Source of the DNA: Bacteroidales bacterium
Lineage (GTDB): Bacteria > Bacteroidota > Bacteroidia > Bacteroidales > Muribaculaceae
Length of the DNA stretch: 64,000 nt
Reading direction: 5' to 3'
Assembly (NCBI GenBank): GCA_021205635.1
Contig: JAJPXC010000095.1
Location: forward strand, 15,076 to 79,075
Below are positions 1 through 8,085 of the stretch, piece after piece. Position numbers and translations under genes: made by a program. Positions within the stretch are counted from its first letter, which is position 1; each line of letters begins with the position of its first letter. The notes beneath the pieces were generated by a model. That model saw only the letters and a program-made list of their open reading frames with translations. It searched no databases and had not been told where the DNA came from.

Positions 1-10
1 ATTTTTAGCT

Positions 11-526
11 ATGAAGAAAATATCGATTCTCCTGATGATTATCGCGGCATGCGCTTTCGGTGCCCGCGCCCAGAAGTTTGCCTTAATCGACATGGAGTAC
101 ATCCTCAAAAACGTCCCCGCCTACGAGATGGCCAACGAGCAGCTGTCGCAGCTCTCCCAGCGCTGGCAGAAAGAGGTGGAGACCAAGGCCAAGGAGGCCG
201 AGACCATGTACAAAAACTACCAGGCCGACATGGTGTTCCTCACCGACGACCAAAAGAAAAAGAAAGAGGAGGAGATCGTGGCCAAGGAAAAAGAGGCAAC
301 CGAGCTCCGTTACAAATATTTCGGCCCCGAGGGCGAACTTTACAAGAAACGCCAGAGCCTGATGAAGCCCATCCAGGACGACATCTACAACGCCGTCAAG
401 AAGATCTCGGAGGAGAAAGGCTACCAAGCCATCTTCGACCGCGCCTCTTCGGCCAACATCATCTACGCGTCGCCCCGCATCGACGTAAGCAACGAGGTTT
501 TGACCCGATTGGGATATTCCAAATAA
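11..526 (+). CDS. ompH: OmpH/Skp-family periplasmic chaperone (copy 1 of tandem pair)
   Basis: ATG ORF, 171 aa; signal peptide MKKISILLMIIAACAFGARAQ; Lys/Glu-rich coiled-coil core; size and layout typical of OmpH; paralog directly downstream. Confidence 0.85.
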   Translation: MKKISILLMIIAACAFGARAQKFALIDMEYILKNVPAYEMANEQLSQLSQRWQKEVETKAKEAETMYKNYQADMVFLTDDQKKKKEEEIVAKEKEATELRYKYFGPEGELYKKRQSLMKPIQDDIYNAVKKISEEKGYQAIFDRASSANIIYASPRIDVSNEVLTRLGYSK

Positions 527-532
527 ATTGCT

Positions 533-540
533 TACCTTTG
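533..540 (+). promoter_or_regulatory. Bacteroidota -7 promoter box TACCTTTG (ompH copy 2)
   Basis: Exact match to TAnnTTTG, 49 nt upstream of the ATG at 589. Confidence 0.45.
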
Positions 541-588
541 CACCCGCAAACTCTTGAATATTAACCATTACAATCCCAATAACGTAAA

Positions 589-1095
589 ATGATCAAAAAA
601 GCACTCAGCGCGCTCTTGATCGCGCTCCCCATGATGGTGGCCGCCCAGGCTCCCAAATTCGGCACCGTAAGCGTAGAGACTGTCTTCGACGCAATGCCCG
701 AGAAAGCCACCATCCAATCCCAGCTTGAAACCGCCTCCAAGACCTACGAGGACGAGTACAAGAAGCTCGCCGACGAGCTCGACAAGAAGTACGCCGAGTA
801 CCAGCAGCTCGACCAGGACGCCTCCACCCCCCAGGCAATCAAGGAGCGTCGCATGCAAGAGATCCAGGAGTTGAACAAGCGCGCCACCCAGTTCGCCCAG
901 ACCGCTCAGCAGGACCTCCAGCGTCAGCAGCAGCAGCTCATGGCTCCCGTTGAGGAGAAGGTGATGAACGCCGTTAAGGCCGTTGGCCAAGAGCAGGGCT
1001 TCCTCTTTATCTTCCCCGACGGATTGAGCGTATACCAGAGCGCCGACGTTGTCGACGTCACCCCCCTGGTTAAAACTAAGCTCGGCCTGAAATAA
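589..1095 (+). CDS. ompH: OmpH/Skp-family periplasmic chaperone (copy 2)
   Basis: ATG ORF, 168 aa; signal peptide; Q/E/K-rich coiled coil; -7-like box TACCTTTG 49 nt upstream. Confidence 0.85.
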   Translation: MIKKALSALLIALPMMVAAQAPKFGTVSVETVFDAMPEKATIQSQLETASKTYEDEYKKLADELDKKYAEYQQLDQDASTPQAIKERRMQEIQELNKRATQFAQTAQQDLQRQQQQLMAPVEEKVMNAVKAVGQEQGFLFIFPDGLSVYQSADVVDVTPLVKTKLGLK

Positions 1096-1157
1096 CCCCC
1101 AAGGAGCCCACGGCCTCCCCGGCCCGCGACACCCATCAATTTACGATTTCGTAATCA

Positions 1158-1185
1158 CGTAATAACGTAATAACGTTATAACGAC
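1158..1185. repeat. (CGTWATAA)x3 array containing the palindromic word CGTTATAACG
   Basis: cgtaataa cgtaataa cgttataa cgac; CGTTATAACG recurs at 53717-53726 and a split version at 46167-46187. Confidence 0.8.
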
Positions 1186-1203
1186 ATCCCCATTCTACGA
1201 AAC

Positions 1204-1233
1204 AGCCCCGCCAGGCAATCGCCTAGCGGGGCT
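1204..1233. terminator. Hairpin AGCCCCGC-N14-GCGGGGCT between convergent genes
   Basis: 8-bp GC stem; no U-tract; member of a conserved-stem hairpin family (see findings). Confidence 0.5.
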
Positions 1234-1257
1234 ATTATACTTAATCACTAATCACTA
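1231..1257. repeat. 27-bp word GCTATTATACTTAATCACTAATCACTA (arm A of a perfect inverted repeat)
   Basis: Exact reverse complement of 2594-2620; a related copy lies at 13737-13766. Confidence 0.9.
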
Positions 1258-1261
1258 ACAC

Positions 1262-1939
1262 CTAAAACTTGATCTTAGTGGCTTTTCCGCCCTGTACCTT
1301 AATGTTGAGGCCCGATGCGGGGTTCTCCACGATACGGCCTTGCAGGTCGTAATAAGTGGCGGGAGCGTCGCTAGCGTCAACCGATACGCCCTTCACGCCG
1401 CCAAGGTTGTCGATCTTGTTTACCGAGAAATAGAGCTTGCAGGAGATGATTTCCAAGCCGCCGCGAACGGTGAACTTGCCCACCCAAGGACCCTTGGTGT
1501 ACTCTTCGGAGTTGATCTCAACAATCGACTCATCCTCATTGGCGAAAACGTAGGCGATATGCTCGGCGTAACCCGAATACGATTCGCCAGCGGCCAATGT
1601 GGCGCTGTTGGTCCAGCCAGCAAGGCAGTTGCCCAAAAGGCAGAAAGAAATGCCGGTGGGCACATCAAGCACCGACTCCTCGGTTACTTCCTCAAGCGTG
1701 GCCGTGACGTTGAGGCTGGTGGTGCCTTGGTTGGCGATCTTGATGTAGCAGGGAAGCTCGTATTCGTAGCCCTCATCGATGTCCTGGGGACCCCAAATGT
1801 TGATCAGGTCGCCGTCGTTGATTTCGGTGTACTCGGTCGACGAGCCGTTCCACTCGGTGGAGTAGCCAACGTAGAGGTTACCGGCGTTGGTGGTGAACAA
1901 GGTGCCCATAAGGGCCGTAGCGAGTAAAATTTTCTTCAT
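1262..1939 (-). CDS. Secreted hypothetical protein with T9SS C-terminal sorting domain
   Basis: ATG ORF 225 aa; signal peptide; last ~30 aa YYDLQGRIVENPASGLNIKVQGGKATKIKF fit the Por/T9SS CTD pattern; no catalytic motif recognised. Confidence 0.7.
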   Translation of the reverse strand: MKKILLATALMGTLFTTNAGNLYVGYSTEWNGSSTEYTEINDGDLINIWGPQDIDEGYEYELPCYIKIANQGTTSLNVTATLEEVTEESVLDVPTGISFCLLGNCLAGWTNSATLAAGESYSGYAEHIAYVFANEDESIVEINSEEYTKGPWVGKFTVRGGLEIISCKLYFSVNKIDNLGGVKGVSVDASDAPATYYDLQGRIVENPASGLNIKVQGGKATKIKF

Positions 1940-1971
1940 ATAGTAATGGTTTTTGAATTTCTAATACGCCA

Positions 1972-1979
1972 CAAAATTA
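1972..1979 (-). promoter_or_regulatory. -7 box TAATTTTG for 1262-1939
   Basis: Reverse complement of caaaatta; 33 nt upstream of the ATG at 1939. Confidence 0.45.
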
Positions 1980-2043
1980 GTGATTTTTGTGGAATATTCG
2001 CGGAAAAATCGTCGAATGTGACCTTAAAGTCAAGAAATGTGCT

Positions 2044-2051
2044 TATCTTTG
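2044..2051 (+). promoter_or_regulatory. -7 box TATCTTTG for the tlpA-like operon
   Basis: Exact TAnnTTTG, 63 nt upstream of the ATG at 2114; a GGCCCCGcttCGGGGTC hairpin lies in the predicted leader. Confidence 0.45.
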
Positions 2052-2113
2052 TCAATTAAATGCATAATCGTATAAACCTCGGCCCCGCTTCGGGGTCTAA
2101 AGAAATAAAACCA

Positions 2114-2596
2114 ATGAAAAAACTGATTTTCGCTATCGTGGCCCTGGCCATCGCTTTTGTCTCCCAAGCCCAACTCCCCTCAGTAAAACTGCGCGACATC
2201 AACGGCCAGACGGTCGATACCTCCACTCTCTCCAACGACGGCAAGCCCATGATTGTGAGCTTCTTCGCCACGTGGTGCAAGCCTTGCCTGCGCGAGTTGA
2301 AAGCAATCAACGAGGTTTACGAGGAGTGGCAGGAGGAAACCGGCGTGCGCCTGATCGCCGTGTCGATCGACGAGGGCCAGAACTCCTCCAAGGTGCGCCC
2401 CCTGGCCGAAAGCGAGGGCTGGGAATACCAAGTGCTACTCGACCCCAACGGCGAGATGAAGCGCGCCCTGGGCATCCAGATGATCCCCTACGTGATGGTG
2501 CTCGACGGCCAAGGCAACATTGTTTACCAGCATAACGGCTACACCGACGGCGGCGAGGAAGAACTGATTTCTAAAGTAAGAAGTCTTAGTGATTAG
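2114..2596 (+). CDS. TlpA/ResA-like periplasmic thiol-disulfide oxidoreductase
   Basis: Internal ATG at 2114 gives signal peptide MKKLIFAIVALAIAFVSQAQ; thioredoxin active site WCKPC; about 160 aa; the upstream 18 codons of the tracked ORF look non-coding. Confidence 0.85.
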   Translation: MKKLIFAIVALAIAFVSQAQLPSVKLRDINGQTVDTSTLSNDGKPMIVSFFATWCKPCLRELKAINEVYEEWQEETGVRLIAVSIDEGQNSSKVRPLAESEGWEYQVLLDPNGEMKRALGIQMIPYVMVLDGQGNIVYQHNGYTDGGEEELISKVRSLSD

Positions 2597-2620
2597 TGAT
2601 TAGTGATTAAGTATAATAGC
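2587..2620. repeat. (TAGTGAT)x3 array plus arm B of the 27-bp inverted repeat
   Basis: ttagtgattagtgattagtgattaagtataatagc; overlaps the tlpA-like stop codon. Confidence 0.9.
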
Positions 2621-2653
2621 TTGGTTATTGGCCAGTTATTACGATTTTATTAG

Positions 2654-4324
2654 ATGAAAGATAAGATATTCATTGCATTATGGATGACGGGGGCCGCGGC
2701 TTTGGGAGCGGCGGCTCAAACGGTCGACGACGGCACGCCCAACAAGGTCACCGTCCACGGCTCGGTGCAGGCCGACATCCTCATCCCCACCGAGGATGTC
2801 ACCTACGGTGGTTACAAGTATAACGACGATGTGATGCTCAATTTCTACACCGACGCGTCGCTCTACTCCAAATTCGTCGACGCCGGCGTGCGTTTCGAGT
2901 ACCTGGAACATCCCCTTCCCGGCTTTGAGCCTGATTTCAAGGGTTGGGGTGTGCCCAACTTCTGGGTGAAAGGCAAATACGGCGGCGTTGAGCTTACCGT
3001 TGGCGATTTCTACGAGCAATTCGGCTCGGGTTTCATCCTGCGCACATACGAGGAGCGTTCCTTGGGCGTGGACAACCCCATGCGCGGCGCTCGCGTCACT
3101 GTCAACTCAATCGCCGGCATGCGATTCACCGCCCTCGGTGGCGTGCAACGCATCTACTGGGATTGGGAGAAGAAAGATATCGACTGGGGATTGAATTACG
3201 AGATTGACCTACAGCACTTTATCAAATCGATGGACAACCATGGCGCCAGCCTGACGCTCGGTGCCTCGTTCGTCGACAAATACGAGAAGGACGAAAACGT
3301 GGTCGTGCCAGGCACCAATTATCGCCTCGACCTTCCCCACCACGTGCCCGCTTGGGACGCCCGCGTGCACTACCTGCAGAACGGATTTGACGTCCTGGCC
3401 GAATACGCCTGGAAAGGCCAAGACCCCTCCCTCGACAATGATTACACCTACGGCAAGGGCTCGGCTGTGATGCTCTCCACCTCCTACTCTCGCTCGGGCC
3501 TTAGCGTATTTGCCCAAGCCAAGCGCTCTGAGAACTTCGCGTTCCGCTCTCGCCGCACCATGACGGGTATCGCCGGCTACATTAACAACATGCCCCCGTT
3601 CGCCTACCAGCACACCTACGCTCTTGCGGCCATGTACCCTTACGCCACGCAAGCCGCTCCCGGCGAGTGGGCATTCCAGGGAGCCGTTGCCTACAAGTTC
3701 AAGAAAGGCACCCCGATGGGTGGCAAATACGGCACCACCTTCCGCTTGAACGGCTCGTGGATCCGCGGCTTGACAGGCACCGAGCCTGAGAAATTCCACG
3801 GCACCTATTACGGCACCGACGGCGTCGACACCAAGTTCTTCGGCATGGGTGCCGGATACTACCACGACATCAACCTGCAGATGGAGAAGCGTATCGTGAG
3901 CAACTGGAACCTCACAGCCATGTACATGAACCAGATGTACAACCAGCAGGTGGTCGAGGGACACGGCGAGCGCTCAATCAAGAGCAACATCTTCGTCGCC
4001 GACTCCAAGGTGAAAATCAACAAGAAGTTCACTCTGCGCAACGAGGTGCAGTACCTGCAGACCAAACAGGACCACGGCGACTGGCTCTATGGCCTAGCCG
4101 AGCTGTCGATCCTCCCCCACTGGATGATCTCGGTCAGCGACCAATGGAATTGCGGCGGTGGCGAGGGGCATTTCTACAATTTCTCCCTTACCGCCAACTT
4201 CAAGAGCAACCGCATCATGGTGGGCTACGGCCGCACCCGAGCTGGCTACAACTGCTCGGGAGGCGTTTGCCGATATGTGCCTGAGACTAAAGGCTTTACC
4301 ATCAACTACAATTACAATTTCTAA
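2654..4324 (+). CDS. Outer-membrane beta-barrel protein, function unknown (DUF6029-like; family name from memory)
   Basis: ATG ORF 556 aa; signal peptide; Gly/Tyr/Asn-rich alternating pattern; ends ...TINYNYNF with terminal aromatic residue as in OM barrels. Confidence 0.55.
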   Translation: MKDKIFIALWMTGAAALGAAAQTVDDGTPNKVTVHGSVQADILIPTEDVTYGGYKYNDDVMLNFYTDASLYSKFVDAGVRFEYLEHPLPGFEPDFKGWGVPNFWVKGKYGGVELTVGDFYEQFGSGFILRTYEERSLGVDNPMRGARVTVNSIAGMRFTALGGVQRIYWDWEKKDIDWGLNYEIDLQHFIKSMDNHGASLTLGASFVDKYEKDENVVVPGTNYRLDLPHHVPAWDARVHYLQNGFDVLAEYAWKGQDPSLDNDYTYGKGSAVMLSTSYSRSGLSVFAQAKRSENFAFRSRRTMTGIAGYINNMPPFAYQHTYALAAMYPYATQAAPGEWAFQGAVAYKFKKGTPMGGKYGTTFRLNGSWIRGLTGTEPEKFHGTYYGTDGVDTKFFGMGAGYYHDINLQMEKRIVSNWNLTAMYMNQMYNQQVVEGHGERSIKSNIFVADSKVKINKKFTLRNEVQYLQTKQDHGDWLYGLAELSILPHWMISVSDQWNCGGGEGHFYNFSLTANFKSNRIMVGYGRTRAGYNCSGGVCRYVPETKGFTINYNYNF

Positions 4325-4413
4325 AGGAGGTTGAAAGTTTAAGGTTTAAGGTTTAAAGTTAATGGCTTTAAAGATTTAAAGGTTTAAAGATTTAAAGGAT
4401 TAAAGAATAAAGG
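4325..4413. repeat. AT-rich cassette of TTTAAGG / TTTAAAG words ending at the start codon of 4419-5255
   Basis: ggaggttgaaagtttaaggtttaaggtttaaagttaatggctttaaagatttaaaggtttaaagatttaaaggattaaagaataaagg; homologous by eye to 41885-41950. Confidence 0.85.
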
Positions 4414-4418
4414 CGATA

Positions 4419-5255
4419 ATGAAGATTACTAGATATATACCCCTTTTGGCGGTGGCCGCGGTGATGTGGAGCTGCGACGAGGTGGACGAGGGCGACCGCT
4501 ACATCGAGATGCCCACCATCGAGGCGCAGAAGGCCGTGCTCGTGCTCGATTTCACAGGCCAGGAGTGCACCAACTGCCCCAAGGCCCACCTCTCGATCGA
4601 ATCGATGGAGGAGCAGTACGGCGACGCGTTCATCCCCGTGTCGATCCACGCCGGAGTGCAGAGCCTTTCCTACACCTCCACCCGCCGCGTGGGCCTGGCC
4701 ACACCGCTTGGCGAGACCTACGACACTTATTTCGGCATCGCTCCCCACGGCTACCCCTCGATCGTGGTGGATTACAACTCGTCGTCGATCTACTCCGGCA
4801 CAAGCAGCGAGTGGGTTGACCCGTGCCGCAATGCCATGGCCAAGGAAGCCGTCGTGCAGATTGAGGCCGAAGCCACCTGGTCGACCGATGCCGACGGCAA
4901 CGTCACCATCGACGTCGCCACCACCATGATGGCCTCGCAGGATCTCAAATGCAAGCTCCAGCTATGGATTATCGAGGATAGCATCGTGGCACCCCAGAAG
5001 GGCGTCGATGACAACCCCGGATGGGACAACACCTACGTGCACAACAACGTGCTCCGCGCCGCCATCAACGGCGATTGGGGACAAGATGTCAACCTCGATG
5101 ACAACGTCTACACTACCTCGTCGGCCTCGTTCACCATCACCACCGACTGGGAGAAAACCTGGGTGGTCGACAACCTGCGCGTAGTGGCCTTCTGCTACAC
5201 CGACGCCGACGGAGTCCTTCAGGCCATCCGCCAGCCCGTCCTCCCGGCCCTTTAA
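4419..5255 (+). CDS. Omp28-related thioredoxin-fold lipoprotein with CxxC
   Basis: ATG ORF 278 aa; lipobox ...AAVMWSC; VLVLDFTGQECTNCPKAH motif typical of Omp28-related proteins. Confidence 0.65.
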   Translation: MKITRYIPLLAVAAVMWSCDEVDEGDRYIEMPTIEAQKAVLVLDFTGQECTNCPKAHLSIESMEEQYGDAFIPVSIHAGVQSLSYTSTRRVGLATPLGETYDTYFGIAPHGYPSIVVDYNSSSIYSGTSSEWVDPCRNAMAKEAVVQIEAEATWSTDADGNVTIDVATTMMASQDLKCKLQLWIIEDSIVAPQKGVDDNPGWDNTYVHNNVLRAAINGDWGQDVNLDDNVYTTSSASFTITTDWEKTWVVDNLRVVAFCYTDADGVLQAIRQPVLPAL

Positions 5256-5283
5256 TCCTTTCCTCCTTTAAAGGATGAAAGGA
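5256..5283. repeat. 28-bp palindrome TCCTTTCCTCCTTT|AAAGGATGAAAGGA
   Basis: 13 of 14 arm positions pair, no loop; begins right after the stop codon of 4419-5255. Confidence 0.85.
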
Positions 5284-5327
5284 ATACAGGAAGAAAGAAA
5301 TCGATCTAAAAACTTAATAAAACGATT

Positions 5328-7739
5328 ATGAAAAAAAGTTTACTATTAGCATCTATGGCCGTTGCGCTGGGATTCATGGCGCAAGGCCAAGCCATCAACC
5401 CCCGCGCCTTGTGGATGGAGGGTGGCAAAATAGAGTCGCCCAAGGCCCAAGCCAAGGCCGTTCAGCCCAAGGCTGAAAGCTCCATGTGGTTCGGCTACTG
5501 CGGCGACCCCTACACCCTTGTGGGCGCCGGCTCCTACTACTGCACCGCCGCTATGGAGATCCCCGCTTCTACCGCCGCGGGCTTCGCCGGCTGCAAGATC
5601 GACGGCTTCCGCATGGTGTTCAAAACCGCTTCCGTCTCCAGCGCCACCCTCTTCGTGGGCAACTCCCTGGATACCGCTCCTAGCAACACCCAAACCATCT
5701 CGGTCGCTCTCAACTCCACCAACTGGCAGGAGTTTACCCTGAGCAACCCCGTCACCCTCGACGGCTCCACCGTATACATCGGCTTCGGCTACCAGGGTGT
5801 ATCGGGTGAGTATCCCATTGTGTTCGACGGATTGACCAACAGCAACAACCTGGGCGCTTGGCTCGGCCTCGGCAGCTCGTTCGCTGAATGCTTTGGCTCC
5901 TTTGACAGCTACACCGCATCCTACGGCAACGTCTGCATCCAGGCCCACATCACCGGCGACTTCCCCGAGGTGAACACCTACATCAGCGCTGTCACCGTTG
6001 ACCGCAACCGCGTGAAGCCCAACACCGCCTTTGACGCTACCGTAACCATCGCCAACATGGGTACCACCGACGTCACCAGCGTCACCGTTGACTACACGAT
6101 TGGCAACATTGCCGACACCTACACCTTCAACACCCCCTCGTTGGCTCCCTTGAAGTTCACCGAGTCGACCTTCTTCACCCTCTCAGGCCTCACGGTGCCC
6201 GATTTCGGCGAATACCCCTTGACCGTGAAATTGACCAAGGTCAACGGCGCCGATTGCGACGAGTCGACCGCCACAGTTAGCATCGTGGGCACTCGCAGCA
6301 ACAATCCCCGCATGATGGTTGTCGAGGAGGCCACCTCCATCGGCTGCGGCTACTGCCCCGTGGGCATCATCGGCCTTGAGTACATGAAGGAGCATTACGG
6401 CGACCAGTTCATCGGTATCGGCGTGCACGGAATCGGTCTGGGTTACGACCCCATGGTAAGCGCCTCCTATCAAGTTATGGACTACTATGTATCGAGCTAT
6501 CCTTCCTGTCTTACCAATCGTAACGACTCCTACGCCACCTATCCCAGCGCCTACTACCTGCTCGACTCCTACACCACCTACTTCAAGGACGCCTACGCAG
6601 CCGCCGACGTTACGATCGACGCCGAGTGGACCACCCAGGAGAAGTCGGGCGTGAAGGTTACCACCAACGCGGTATTCGACCTCGACCACGCCTCGAGCGA
6701 CTACCGCTGGGCTTACGTGGTGATTGAAAATCAAGTAGGTCCCTACAAGCAGTCCAACTATTACAACGGTGAATCGGGTTACGGCGACTGGTCATCCGCT
6801 GGTTCATCGGTATCTTGGTTGTTTGACGAAGTTGGCCGCAGCATCAACTCGTTCTGGGGCGTGCAAGGCTCAGTGCCCTCGGCTATCACCGCCGGCAACA
6901 GCTACGAGAACAGCGGCGAGCTCCAAGTGCTCGACCTGATCAACTACTACGACGAATACGTTGAGGTTAACCCCGAAAACATCGAGGTAATCGGCATGCT
7001 GATCGACTACACAACCGGTGAGGTGGTTACGGCCGCCCGCATCGACGCCGCCGACATCAAGGCTTGCTCCGACCCCAACGCCATGCACTACCAGAAGATC
7101 ATCTTCGACCCCGACCTTGAGGGCAATGTCACCATCGGTTCTTCGTTGACTATCGAAGCAACTTCCACCTCCGGTCTGCCAGTCACCATCGGCATCTCCT
7201 CGGGCGATGAGTACGCTACCCTTGAGGGCAACGTGATCACCTTCAACGCCGCCGGCACCGTAGTTGTCACCCTCTCGCAGGACGGCAACGACACCTATAT
7301 GCCCGCTACCTCGCGCACCATCACCTTCAAGGTGCTCAAGGATCAAACCATCACCTGGGATCAGGACCTCTCCAATTGCGAGATCGGCAAGAGCTACGCC
7401 CTTACCGCCAAGTCGTCGGCCAACCTGACCATCACCTACTCGATCAAGGAGGACACCACCGTCGCCAAGATCCAGAAGACCTCCCGCGGCACCTCGCTCG
7501 TGTTCAATGAGGCTGGCACAGTCACCGTTGTGGCTACTCAGGAAGGCAATTCAACCTACGCTCCCGCGCAAATGGAGAAGGTTGCCTCTACCCAGTCGGG
7601 CGTGATCTCGATTGACGCCGACGAGCTCCAGGATGCCATGCTCTACAACCTCCAGGGCGTTCGCGTCAACAACCCCCAAGCCGGCCGCATCTACATTATG
7701 GTCACCGGCTCCTCCGCCCAGAAAGTCCTAATCATATAG
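5328..7739 (+). CDS. Large T9SS cargo protein with central Omp28-like CxxC thioredoxin-fold domain and Ig-like repeats
   Basis: ATG ORF 803 aa; signal peptide; MMVVEEATSIGCGYCPVG motif; two ~90-aa repeats (ITFN/VFNEAGTV..V..QEGN.TY.PA); CTD ...LYNLQGVRVNNPQAGRIYIMVTGSSAQKVLII. Confidence 0.65.
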   Translation: MKKSLLLASMAVALGFMAQGQAINPRALWMEGGKIESPKAQAKAVQPKAESSMWFGYCGDPYTLVGAGSYYCTAAMEIPASTAAGFAGCKIDGFRMVFKTASVSSATLFVGNSLDTAPSNTQTISVALNSTNWQEFTLSNPVTLDGSTVYIGFGYQGVSGEYPIVFDGLTNSNNLGAWLGLGSSFAECFGSFDSYTASYGNVCIQAHITGDFPEVNTYISAVTVDRNRVKPNTAFDATVTIANMGTTDVTSVTVDYTIGNIADTYTFNTPSLAPLKFTESTFFTLSGLTVPDFGEYPLTVKLTKVNGADCDESTATVSIVGTRSNNPRMMVVEEATSIGCGYCPVGIIGLEYMKEHYGDQFIGIGVHGIGLGYDPMVSASYQVMDYYVSSYPSCLTNRNDSYATYPSAYYLLDSYTTYFKDAYAAADVTIDAEWTTQEKSGVKVTTNAVFDLDHASSDYRWAYVVIENQVGPYKQSNYYNGESGYGDWSSAGSSVSWLFDEVGRSINSFWGVQGSVPSAITAGNSYENSGELQVLDLINYYDEYVEVNPENIEVIGMLIDYTTGEVVTAARIDAADIKACSDPNAMHYQKIIFDPDLEGNVTIGSSLTIEATSTSGLPVTIGISSGDEYATLEGNVITFNAAGTVVVTLSQDGNDTYMPATSRTITFKVLKDQTITWDQDLSNCEIGKSYALTAKSSANLTITYSIKEDTTVAKIQKTSRGTSLVFNEAGTVTVVATQEGNSTYAPAQMEKVASTQSGVISIDADELQDAMLYNLQGVRVNNPQAGRIYIMVTGSSAQKVLII

Positions 7740-7760
7740 TGGTGAGTGGTGAGTGGTGAG
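7740..7760. repeat. (TGGTGAG)x3 heptamer array
   Basis: Starts 1 nt after the stop codon of 5328-7739. Confidence 0.9.
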
Positions 7761-7866
7761 TGACCATTGAATGAGCCGCAACGCGGCGAGTTGGCAATAA
7801 CCCCGGGTGACCGAGCGCAGCGAGGGAACCTGGGGTTAACCATGAGATTTTTAACCTATCTACTTA

Positions 7867-7928
7867 CAGCCCCGAAGGGGCGGTTTGGCTTACCCTCTTG
7901 GGAAGCCCAAATCGTTCCTTTGGGGCTG
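7867..7928. other. 62-nt nested hairpin CAGCCCCGAAGG...CCTTTGGGGCTG
   Basis: Outer stem 11 of 12 bp; inner stem GGTTTGGCTT/AAGCCCAAATC; in a 354-nt gene-free spacer. Confidence 0.6.
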
Positions 7929-8003
7929 ATTTAGTTGTCACTCGTTTCCTCGAAATGTCGTTTACTCTTGCATTCGAGAAATCGATTTCGAATACACGAA
8001 TGC

Positions 8004-8062
8004 ACGAATAAACGAATAAACGACTTCCCCTCACCTAACAACTAACAACTAACAACTAACAA
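8004..8062. repeat. (ACGAATAA)x2 and (CTAACAA)x4 arrays
   Basis: 8004-8023 and 8035-8062, just upstream of the HAD promoter box. Confidence 0.9.
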
Positions 8063-8077
8063 CTTAAGTTTTTTTCG

Positions 8078-8085
8078 TATCTTTG
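8078..8085 (+). promoter_or_regulatory. -7 box TATCTTTG only 8 nt before the HAD start codon
   Basis: Exact TAnnTTTG; the ATG at 8094 implies a leaderless or near-leaderless mRNA. Confidence 0.4.
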
